A DNA stretch of 64,000 bases from Eubacteriales bacterium. GTDB lineage: Bacteria; Bacillota; Desulfotomaculia; Desulfotomaculales; Nap2-2B. The stretch lies in assembly GCA_041653135.1 (NCBI GenBank), contig JBAZGB010000004.1, forward strand, positions 5,528-69,527, read 5' to 3'. Within the stretch, counting starts at the first letter, position 1. Every line of letters starts with the position of its first letter. Positions 17,501-25,199 of this stretch are shown here, piece by piece. The notes below the pieces were generated by a model. The model searched no databases and was not told the origin of the DNA. It saw nothing but the letters and a program-made list of their open reading frames with translations. The position numbers and the translations under genes were made by a program.

Positions 17501-18868
17501 ATGCTGATTTTCGGTTTCCGGCAGGCTATGCTTAGCAAGTTGATCATCGGTCCGGGGTTTTCTGAAGCCGGGTTGGGAATCAAATTAAAATCCCGGAAAT
17601 TTGCATCCTTGATAATAATACTGACATTTTTTCTTGCTCTGCTATGTGTTGGAAATCCGGGTACGGCAAATGCTGTCTGTGGCAGTAATCCGGGAGTGCC
17701 CGCTGATACGCTGACGATTAAAGTTGGTTATTTTGGCGGGCCTTACTATACGAAGAAAATATATACGCTCAATGACTTTGATAAGTTGCCGCAAGTGGAA
17801 CAGACATATACTTTCATTGACAGCATTTCGGCGGTGTGTATCGACAGGGCTAAAGGAGTGAAATTGACCGATTTGATTGAGGATGCAGGCATTGATATCA
17901 ATTCCGTGCAAAAGTTTTATTTTTACTCTACCGATATCAAAAATGGATGGTATCAATGTTTGGATAAGTCTTTCCTGCTGGATACGCCCCGTTACTATTA
18001 CCCGAACCTTCCGTCATATTGGGATTATGAAACAAATACTTCCTTGCCTGAGGCAGTATATGGAGCGGTCCGGGTTGATCCGATTATAGCATACCAGGAT
18101 AACTGGAGAAGGTATGAAGTTGCCCCTGATGACAGTTATTATGATACTTCAACCAGGTTCAGGCTGCTGCTTGGGCAGAAGGACACAACTGATCATGATG
18201 CTCCCCTGTCGGTCAAATGGGTGCATGCGATCGAAATAATGCTGGGTGGCATGCCCCCTGAACAGGTGACCCTCAACCAGAACCTAACTAACTTCAAAGT
18301 CGGCAGTACGTTTCAGTTGAAAGCGGCAGTTGCTCCGGACGAAGCAGCGGAAAAAAGCGTGACGTGGACTTCCAGCGATACCAGTGTGGCTATGGTGGAT
18401 GAAAACGGCCTGGTAACAGTGACCGGCCCGGGCAAGGCCGTTATTACTGTGAGCACTGTCATTGGCAATTTAACGGATACTTGTATAGTAAATGATCCAA
18501 ATCAGAAAGATAACCAGGCTGTTGCGTCTGCGGGCGCTAATCCCCCGGGGAAAGGACCTGCGGGACCGGTATCTGACCGGCAGTATTTGAAAGAAAAGGA
18601 CCTTGCTGATGCCAATCCTGTGACAGCCGGTATCATCCCGGTACAATCAGGCAGCCAACCATGGCGCGTATTCGAGATGTCGGCTGATGCGGTACCCTTG
18701 CAGCAGCAGAAGCAAGGAGGTTTTGATATTTATGTGACATTGGTATTTATTACCTTGTTTCTTGCGGGGGCAGTTAAAAGGCGCAAAGAATATATAAAAG
18801 AAGCGGCAGTGGTTGCCTATCCCTCAAGAAATGATGGCGCCAATAGAATTAATATAAAAAGTCCTTGA
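17501..18868 (+). CDS. Exported protein: YedY-like module + Big_2 Ig-like domain + C-terminal membrane anchor
   Basis: Track ORF 17423..18868. ATG 17501 lies 8 nt after AAAGGAG. The signal ends ...LALLCVGNPGTANA. The module is KKIYTLNDFDKLPQVEQTYTF...AKGVKLTDLIEDAG. The Big_2 domain is FQLKAAVAPDEAAEKSVTWTSSDTSVAMVDENGLVTVTGPGKAVITV. The C-terminal TM is IYVTLVFITLFLAGAV followed by KRRKE. Confidence 0.75.
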   Translation: MLIFGFRQAMLSKLIIGPGFSEAGLGIKLKSRKFASLIIILTFFLALLCVGNPGTANAVCGSNPGVPADTLTIKVGYFGGPYYTKKIYTLNDFDKLPQVEQTYTFIDSISAVCIDRAKGVKLTDLIEDAGIDINSVQKFYFYSTDIKNGWYQCLDKSFLLDTPRYYYPNLPSYWDYETNTSLPEAVYGAVRVDPIIAYQDNWRRYEVAPDDSYYDTSTRFRLLLGQKDTTDHDAPLSVKWVHAIEIMLGGMPPEQVTLNQNLTNFKVGSTFQLKAAVAPDEAAEKSVTWTSSDTSVAMVDENGLVTVTGPGKAVITVSTVIGNLTDTCIVNDPNQKDNQAVASAGANPPGKGPAGPVSDRQYLKEKDLADANPVTAGIIPVQSGSQPWRVFEMSADAVPLQQQKQGGFDIYVTLVFITLFLAGAVKRRKEYIKEAAVVAYPSRNDGANRINIKSP

Positions 18869-18893
18869 TAATTATAAGAACCAGTAGTTCTTT

Positions 18894-20732
18894 TTATTTA
18901 GTTGGTTCGCCGAACAGAATCAGGAAGTCATAATAAACGTCGGAAATTTTGTCTGCATTATAGTTAACATTAACTTCTTGCAGTACAATTCTCAGCCTGT
19001 AACCGTTGTTTTCTACATCCAAAGTCATTAACTCTGGGGGAAGGGAACCTTTTGGAGTATTGCTGACTTTGGACAGTGTACTGGCCAAACCGTATAGCCC
19101 GGAACTGACTAATTCGATTCCCTTTTGGTTGCTTACCGATACTTTTGCCTCTTGAGGCGATGTGTGTTTGATAATGAGTTTATATTTATTGTTGCGGACC
19201 TGAAAATCATAAGGTAAATCAGTAGAACCATCCGTTCTTGTATAAGATTGGGCATGAATAAAGATATCATAGCCGCTGATTTCAATCGGTTTTTGCGTAT
19301 CCAGACTGGCTCCAAAGTATCTGTTACTCAAGTCTTCATAGGCTGCATCAAATCCAAAAGTATTCTTCATTTCGTTAATCTTAAAATCAGAAGGCAGCCA
19401 ATTAATATATTTAAGGTAATTGCGTATCTCAAGATAGTCAAGGATTCTGGTAGATTCCAGCCTTATTTTTACAGGTGGGGAAGCTTTGGGAATTATTTTC
19501 CCGTCTTTTGACAATATGCCTTCTGAGATGAGCATATTTTCCAGCCGTGAAATCTGCGAAAAACGGGATACCGTAAATGCATCAATTGGCGGTATCACAG
19601 ACAAAATAGCCAACCCGGCAGCCAGCAAGGCAATAACACCGTTTTTAGCAGCGGGTTTAAAGCTGAATAAAATTCCACAAACCAGTGAAAACATTCCAAA
19701 AAGGATTACGTAATAACGCGATTCGGTGATGCCATAAGCATTTACCCTTATGGCAACTGAAACTAACTGCATAATAACCATAAGGATAAGGGCTTTGGGG
19801 AAAACATGACGGAAAATCAAGGTAAACTTATTTTTTAATTGGTTGGATAAAATAAATGTAATCAGGCCAACGGCTGAGTAAGCCAGTATCATTGGGCCAA
19901 GTTGACCCGCAGGCCATTTAAGGCTTATCAGAATCTTAATAAAATAAGCTATCAGAACAACACTGTAGACTGCAATCAGGGGTATAACTATGTACGATGC
20001 TAAAATTTCCAATAAACGGGGATAAATCGCAGCCTGTGCCGTATATGTATGATCTTCCTCAGATTCGGAATTAAACTTGGGCAGCAGCGACAGGTAGTAC
20101 AAATCGGCAAAAAAGATCCAGATGATGCACATAGTAATAGGATATGCATCCTGGTTTACTTTAAAAAGCAATATGTCAATGGCGGCAATGATGCTTGCGC
20201 AGCCGACAGACAGAACTGCCGCATATAAGGCAGAGGTAAAGGCAGACTTGAAATGGATCAAAGCGACACTATTAAAATCGGCTTTATCCTTAAATGAGGG
20301 CAGCCAAATAAAGGCGCAGAACATAGCAAAGACGGCGACAACGGTGCGGATTTTAACAGCAAAAGTTATGCTTGGAGCAGGCAAGATAATTAAATAATAA
20401 CCCAGGATCAACAGCGCCGATATTAAATAAACAAGCAACCGCATTTTTCTCAAATGCTCAAAGCGCTCACAGCTGAATTGAGCTACTACCCCCAAAAAGG
20501 CCCCTAATAAGAAGGTAAACATAAGTTTTTGCAGAATAAGTTCCGGTTCCTTTCCCAGGGAAATCATATAACAGGCCAGTATTGTGGCGCAACCCAGGCA
20601 GAAGATTGTCAAGGGGAAACGTGCGACAGCATCAAACAGGCCCCATGTAGTTTTTTTTATTGATTCAACAAATCGGTTAATAGAACTCCCTCCTTGGATA
20701 TTAATTTTAAAAAGCATAAGCTGTAGATGCAT
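18894..20732 (-). CDS. Large polytopic membrane protein with a soluble C-terminal domain (possibly DUF4153-like)
   Basis: This is a 612-aa ORF. About 400 aa are hydrophobic segments, followed by a ~200-aa beta-rich tail. It is noticeably AT-rich. The family assignment is from memory only. Confidence 0.65.
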   Translation of the reverse strand: MHLQLMLFKINIQGGSSINRFVESIKKTTWGLFDAVARFPLTIFCLGCATILACYMISLGKEPELILQKLMFTFLLGAFLGVVAQFSCERFEHLRKMRLLVYLISALLILGYYLIILPAPSITFAVKIRTVVAVFAMFCAFIWLPSFKDKADFNSVALIHFKSAFTSALYAAVLSVGCASIIAAIDILLFKVNQDAYPITMCIIWIFFADLYYLSLLPKFNSESEEDHTYTAQAAIYPRLLEILASYIVIPLIAVYSVVLIAYFIKILISLKWPAGQLGPMILAYSAVGLITFILSNQLKNKFTLIFRHVFPKALILMVIMQLVSVAIRVNAYGITESRYYVILFGMFSLVCGILFSFKPAAKNGVIALLAAGLAILSVIPPIDAFTVSRFSQISRLENMLISEGILSKDGKIIPKASPPVKIRLESTRILDYLEIRNYLKYINWLPSDFKINEMKNTFGFDAAYEDLSNRYFGASLDTQKPIEISGYDIFIHAQSYTRTDGSTDLPYDFQVRNNKYKLIIKHTSPQEAKVSVSNQKGIELVSSGLYGLASTLSKVSNTPKGSLPPELMTLDVENNGYRLRIVLQEVNVNYNADKISDVYYDFLILFGEPTK

Positions 20733-20982
20733 GCTGAATAAGTCAATATTTCTTGCTAAAGCACACCTTTATCATAACAAGAATTTGTTATTCAAGACAG
20801 CTCTTTTTTAGTAGATAAAGGATTCCACTGCTAAAAGTTTAATTTTTCTATCGCGCAATTCCCATTTATTGGCATAATAGGATTTGTGTTATTTTATGCT
20901 TGGCTATAGTTTCCATGGGCACTACCGATTGGTTGGATTTCGTGAGTTTATTTGTCATGTTTCTTGATGTATCTGTTTTTCT

Positions 20983-21171
20983 CTAGTAAACAGATACAGC
21001 TACCCCTTGGTTTAATCTAGGTATTTTCAGAATTGATTTTTTTCGAATATCCCCTTTGAAGAACCTGGTTAACTGACGAAAGTTATGGGCTATAATTTTG
21101 GCGCCTATCACAAGCTTACATTTCACAATCCCGCGAACGTTCAGTTTGCCCTTCTTCATTTTGTGGAACAT
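20983..21171 (-). pseudogene. Probable transposase C-terminal remnant
   Basis: This isolated 62-aa ORF (KKGKLNVRGIVKCKLVIGAKIIAHNFRQLTRF) resembles the conserved C-terminal tail of IS1182/IS5-type DDE transposases. No catalytic region lies upstream. Confidence 0.4.
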
Positions 21172-21776
21172 TTATATAAATTTAGAATGCGAAAAAATTA
21201 AAGAAGTTTTTTCGATTGAAGAGGAATTTCAGAATGGGTGTAGAATATAATACATGTACAATTAAATATTACAATTTTCGAGCCTTGGAACCTACGGTAA
21301 ATACTATGGATCTAAGGCCGGTAGAGTGTAGCTGGAAATGGCTGTGCTTCCCGATGCGGAAAGAAAATTGGTAATTTTTTTTGAGGTATTCGGGCTAAAC
21401 TATTTAAAGTTTAGCTTTTTTTAACCAAATAAAAAGCCAGTTGTCTTTTCGGGCATATGGCTTTTATTAATGTAAGATGTCTTTGCAAAATACGGCACGA
21501 CGGTCTAAATCCTTAATGATAGAGTGGTTTTATTAAAGCTGTTCACGTGTTTTTGCTTTTTAAGTTTACTTCCCTATTTCCATGTGACGAGAGCAGTTTT
21601 TTAATAAGCTGCTCCTTTTTTTAACACACTAGAAAAATTAGACAGGTAAACATAAGAAAAGGGCAGGGGTTTCTTACGGAAACCGCCAACCCTTTCCATT
21701 ACACAAAATTTGATATGTCTCCCGGTTTTTTCAGAATAACATCTATTTCACCATAGTTTTCTGAAATAACTTTTGA

Positions 21777-23057
21777 TTAACTATCAGTTTCAACTTTTAG
21801 ACTCAGGTAAGTGCTCCAGTTACCCGCATCATCACCAGCTTTAACCTTGAAAGTATATTCGGCGCCTTCTTCCAGGCCCGATATGGTGGTTTCATTCTCG
21901 TCAGCGTCCAGGGTTGCCTTTAAAGAGCCATCCTGGTAGATCTTGTACATGGTTACTTCTTCGTTATCAGTAGCATCCGGCCATTTCAGGGTGACGCTTG
22001 TCTTTATTATGGAGACGGCCTTAAGTTGACTTCCCGAGGGCCAGGTCGGGTTCGTGGTGTCGTTTGCTTCTTTTGTGGTCACTTTGACGGAAGGTCCATC
22101 CGTGCTCCAGTTCCCGGCTGCGTCCCGCGCCTGGACGGTGAATTTGTATTTTTCATTGGCGTCCAGACCGGTAATCTTTGTGGAGAGTGTTAAATTAACC
22201 GTCTTTACTTTATTTGCCCCGTTAACGGTGTATGTTATTTTATAGCCGGTAACTTTTTCATTGTCGTCAGCCGGGTCCCATTTAAGTTCCACGCTGTTTG
22301 TACCAACATTGAATGCCGTGATCTTGCTGTCATTATCCCATGTTGGGGCGGATACATCATCATTTTCCGTTTGATCGTAATCATCCAGAGCATTAATGAT
22401 GATAAAAATCTCTACCCGTTTGATGGCGCAGTTGGGGTTGAAGTTGCCGTTGGGGTTGCCTTTGATAATTCCCATCTTATAGAGGGCCAGGATATACTCA
22501 TAATCTTTATCCGAAATTAGTCCACTGTCCTTAAAGGGGTTAAATTTTAGTACGGATACGGATACCGGTTTCAGTTTACCGCATTTCTCCATGTACTTTG
22601 CCAGCAGAACGCAGAACTCCAGGCGGCTCATCTGTGCATTCGAATGAAAGCGTTTAAGGTCGATGCACTTGTTTTGCACTGCCCGCTTTATCCCGCTTTT
22701 CGCCCATGCCGGGACATCGCTGTCTTCGTCAACTGCATTCCCGTCAGTCAGGTCCCCGTTTAGTGCCTGAATGTTAAATTTTTTTGATAAAGCCCGGTCG
22801 ATAAGTGTTGTTGCCTCCGCCTGGGTGCACAGGTTATTGGGACGGAAGGCGCCGTCGTCATATCCGCCCGCAATGCCCTTGGTCTGCATTTTCTCAATCA
22901 CCTGCTGCGCCCAGTGGCCTTGAAGGTCAGAGAATTTTACCTGCTTCTTCAGGCCTTGCCCATTTAATTTTACATTGGCAGGTTTCGCCGCCGCGGTTCC
23001 AACGCCGAAGGTGAGCAGTATGAACAGTGTCAACAATAGCGCAAGGATTTTCTTCAT
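21777..23057 (-). CDS. SLH-domain (N-terminal) surface protein with two fibronectin type III domains
   Basis: Track ORF runs to 23072. ATG 23057 follows GGGGGG. The signal is MKKILALLLTLFILLTFGVGTAAA. The SLH repeat is FSDLQGHWAQQVIEKMQTKGIAGGYDDGAFRP. Two Fn3-like units are present (SVELKWDPADDNEKVTGYKITY and SVTLKWPDATDNEEVTMYKIY). Confidence 0.8.
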   Translation of the reverse strand: MKKILALLLTLFILLTFGVGTAAAKPANVKLNGQGLKKQVKFSDLQGHWAQQVIEKMQTKGIAGGYDDGAFRPNNLCTQAEATTLIDRALSKKFNIQALNGDLTDGNAVDEDSDVPAWAKSGIKRAVQNKCIDLKRFHSNAQMSRLEFCVLLAKYMEKCGKLKPVSVSVLKFNPFKDSGLISDKDYEYILALYKMGIIKGNPNGNFNPNCAIKRVEIFIIINALDDYDQTENDDVSAPTWDNDSKITAFNVGTNSVELKWDPADDNEKVTGYKITYTVNGANKVKTVNLTLSTKITGLDANEKYKFTVQARDAAGNWSTDGPSVKVTTKEANDTTNPTWPSGSQLKAVSIIKTSVTLKWPDATDNEEVTMYKIYQDGSLKATLDADENETTISGLEEGAEYTFKVKAGDDAGNWSTYLSLKVETDS

Positions 23058-23313
23058 TTTCAGTCCCCCCATATAAATTTTATGGTCTTAACTAACCAAT
23101 ACGTTAACCGGCGCAAAAAACATGGGGGTATACTTAAGCCCAAAAAATACCATATGAGCAGGACTGGTTCATATAGATAAGCTGGGTAAACATCATTTAG
23201 CATTTATGCCATAAATAAAATATGCAATCCCCAAATATAAGAACGGAAATAACGGGTGTTCAAATGACTCAAGAATTTATCCGGGTAAATAGCCATACAA
23301 GGAAAAATACAAA

Positions 23314-23490
23314 ATGCAATATGGCTGCGATCCGGAAGATAACAGAAGAAAGGAATGCCACTGTAATCTCAAAGTTCGAGATTACATAATCGTAATCGTT
23401 TGCGGCGAAATCGAAATTGGCAAGTTAAAAAATTTCATTGAAGAAGCCCTGGAAGCAAAACAAAAAAAATCAACGTGTCAGGAGTGTTAA
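23314..23490 (+). CDS. Candidate 58-aa Cys-rich protein, BFD-like [2Fe-2S] pattern (below the track length cut-off)
   Basis: My own translation is MQYGCDPEDNRRKECHCNLKVRDYIIVIVCGEIEIGKLKNFIEEALEAKQKKSTCQEC. It has CxC...CxxC spacing. AAGGAAA lies 9 nt upstream of the ATG. Confidence 0.3.
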   Translation: MQYGCDPEDNRRKECHCNLKVRDYIIVIVCGEIEIGKLKNFIEEALEAKQKKSTCQEC

Positions 23491-23726
23491 AACAAAAACC
23501 CTACCTTCCTATTAATCAAAAAAACGGGTCTTTCTTCTTTACTATGAATTTTTCTTGAAAATCAAGTCAGAAAAGGGACATCAGTTTTCTGGCAAAAAAA
23601 GCTAACTGCTTTAGTGGCAAACAACAAGCTCCGCAGATCATTTCGGGGCTTGTTGTTTCTTTGGCAGGGAGAAACTATTCTTATTTCAATTCCTCGCAGG
23701 AAAGCTAAAAACCGAAAGCAGCTGAG

Positions 23727-24113
23727 TTAGGGCTGCTTTTTGATTCCGAAGCGGGCTTTTAATGCCTCCTGGAGAACTTTAGATAAACTAATGCCGGCAT
23801 CGGCCGCCTTCGTATCTAACCATCTCGGAATACTGACTGTGCGACGTACCGCACGGTTATCGCGTATTCCAGTCCTAATAAGATTCGCAAATTGATTTGA
23901 CGATGTTTTAATTGTTTTTATATCGCTAGGATGGGGGATGTTGATTTTTTCTTCTAACATGTATTCAATCCATTGCGTTAATGCGCTTTGTGCCATGTCG
24001 ATAGCGTTGCCTAAAGATTTACCTTCGCTGATACAGCCGGGCAAATCAGGGAAAGTAATCGTATAACTGCCCTCTTTGTTTTGTTCGAAGACAGCTGGAT
24101 AAATGTATTCCAT
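23727..24113 (-). CDS. hicB: Type II antitoxin HicB with a C-terminal ribbon-helix-helix-like tail
   Basis: The sequence MEYIYPAVFEQNKEGSYTITFPDLPGCISEGKSLGNAIDMAQSAL is a typical HicB fold signature. The C-terminus is RRTVSIPRWLDTKAADAGISLSKVLQEALKARF. Confidence 0.85.
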   Translation of the reverse strand: MEYIYPAVFEQNKEGSYTITFPDLPGCISEGKSLGNAIDMAQSALTQWIEYMLEEKINIPHPSDIKTIKTSSNQFANLIRTGIRDNRAVRRTVSIPRWLDTKAADAGISLSKVLQEALKARFGIKKQP

Positions 24114-24165
24114 ATAGCAGGCTCCTCTTTCATTTTTTATATTAAAACCCTTAGGTAGCAGGGTT

Positions 24166-24341
24166 TTATTTCAACACTGCATCTTTTAGGATTTGTTTTG
24201 TTGTGTTTTCGTTTATTTCTCGGTGTCTTGGGACTTGAACAGCTCTTTATTTTCAGCTTTGTAGATGGAGTGTTTTCCATCGTCTCTTATTTTGACGAAG
24301 CCAGCGGCTTCAAGCTGTTTTATCAAGTCCCGTAGTTTCAT
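24166..24341 (-). pseudogene. hicA: hicA toxin gene interrupted by a frameshift
   Basis: My own translation is MKLRDLIKQLEAAGFVKIRDDGKHSIYKAENKELFKSQDTEK*. A second frame continues VQVPRHREINENTTKQILKDAVLK*, the conserved HicA C-terminus. The span is 176 nt, which is not a multiple of 3. Confidence 0.7.
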
Positions 24342-24371
24342 CGTTCTTGCAATCCCCCTTTCTTTATACGT

Positions 24372-24400
24372 AGTATATTGCGTAAATTACGTAATATCAA
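24372..24400 (-). promoter_or_regulatory. Sigma-A-type promoter of hicAB with an embedded TACGTA-containing repeat (candidate operator)
   Basis: The minus strand reads TTGATA, then a 17-nt spacer (TTACGTAATTTACGCAA), then TATACT. This lies ~30 nt upstream of the hicA ATG. TACGTA occurs twice. Confidence 0.5.
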
Positions 24401-24773
24401 CATGTTTTTAAAAGTTTTTATTGGAACCGACGGAAGGGAACGCCTCCGCCAAGTCGAACGCTGGCCAGTTTCAATTTTCCTGCCAACAGCAAAGCGCAGA
24501 GCAAATAATTTACTTGCCGGCAAATTAACTAACGTTGGTGAATTTGCTGCAACTCGCGCTTATCATTGGTTATTACATATTTATAGATAGGTTCCTGAAT
24601 TATAGAAGAAGCACAAGCCGAGGAGTAAAGACAATAACGAACATCAGGAGAATTCACCAAAGCAAGAGGGCAGGAATGATCACCATGCTTTAGCAGGTGT
24701 CCATTTTAGGCCTTAATTAATACGGTGAGAAAAATAAAAGCGGCTCAATCCCTTGAGACGCTTGCTTTTTCTT

Positions 24774-24849
<76 letters not shown>

Positions 24850-24998
24850 ATATTTTTGCTATTTAATTATAGGATAAATTTTATAAGCGTGTCAAGTGGA
24901 CTGCCTGCCCATTAAAAAATAAATAAAGTGCAGGAATTTGGCCATCTAATGAAGAATATGTAAAGAGAAAAGTATTATTTATTTCAGGGGGTATTTTT

Positions 24999-25172
24999 TT
25001 GGATAAGCGTTGTATCTTATGCGGGCGTCTTTTTGAGATTGAGGAAGCGGCGCCTGATCCATATGATGATGATGAAGACATACCCAAAAAATCTGTAAGC
25101 ATTTGCCTGCTCTGCCAGGCCAAACTGCGGCATGAAGCAGATGAGTCACAGAAATCGCCCAAACCAATGTAA
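24999..25172 (+). CDS. Candidate 57-aa CxxC...CxxC zinc-ribbon protein (below the track length cut-off)
   Basis: My own translation from TTG is (M)DKRCILCGRLFEIEEAAPDPYDDDEDIPKKSVSICLLCQAKLRHEADESQKSPKPM. GGGGG lies 8 nt upstream. Confidence 0.45.
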   Translation: MDKRCILCGRLFEIEEAAPDPYDDDEDIPKKSVSICLLCQAKLRHEADESQKSPKPM

Positions 25173-25199
25173 CTTATTATAAATAAGGAGGCCTTTTTA

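Noticed and set aside
24338-24590. Track ORFs 24338..24523 (-) and 24378..24590 (+) upstream of hicA
   Set aside because: They overlap the hicA promoter/operator region and each other. They have no RBS or motif, and their products are basic and low-complexity.
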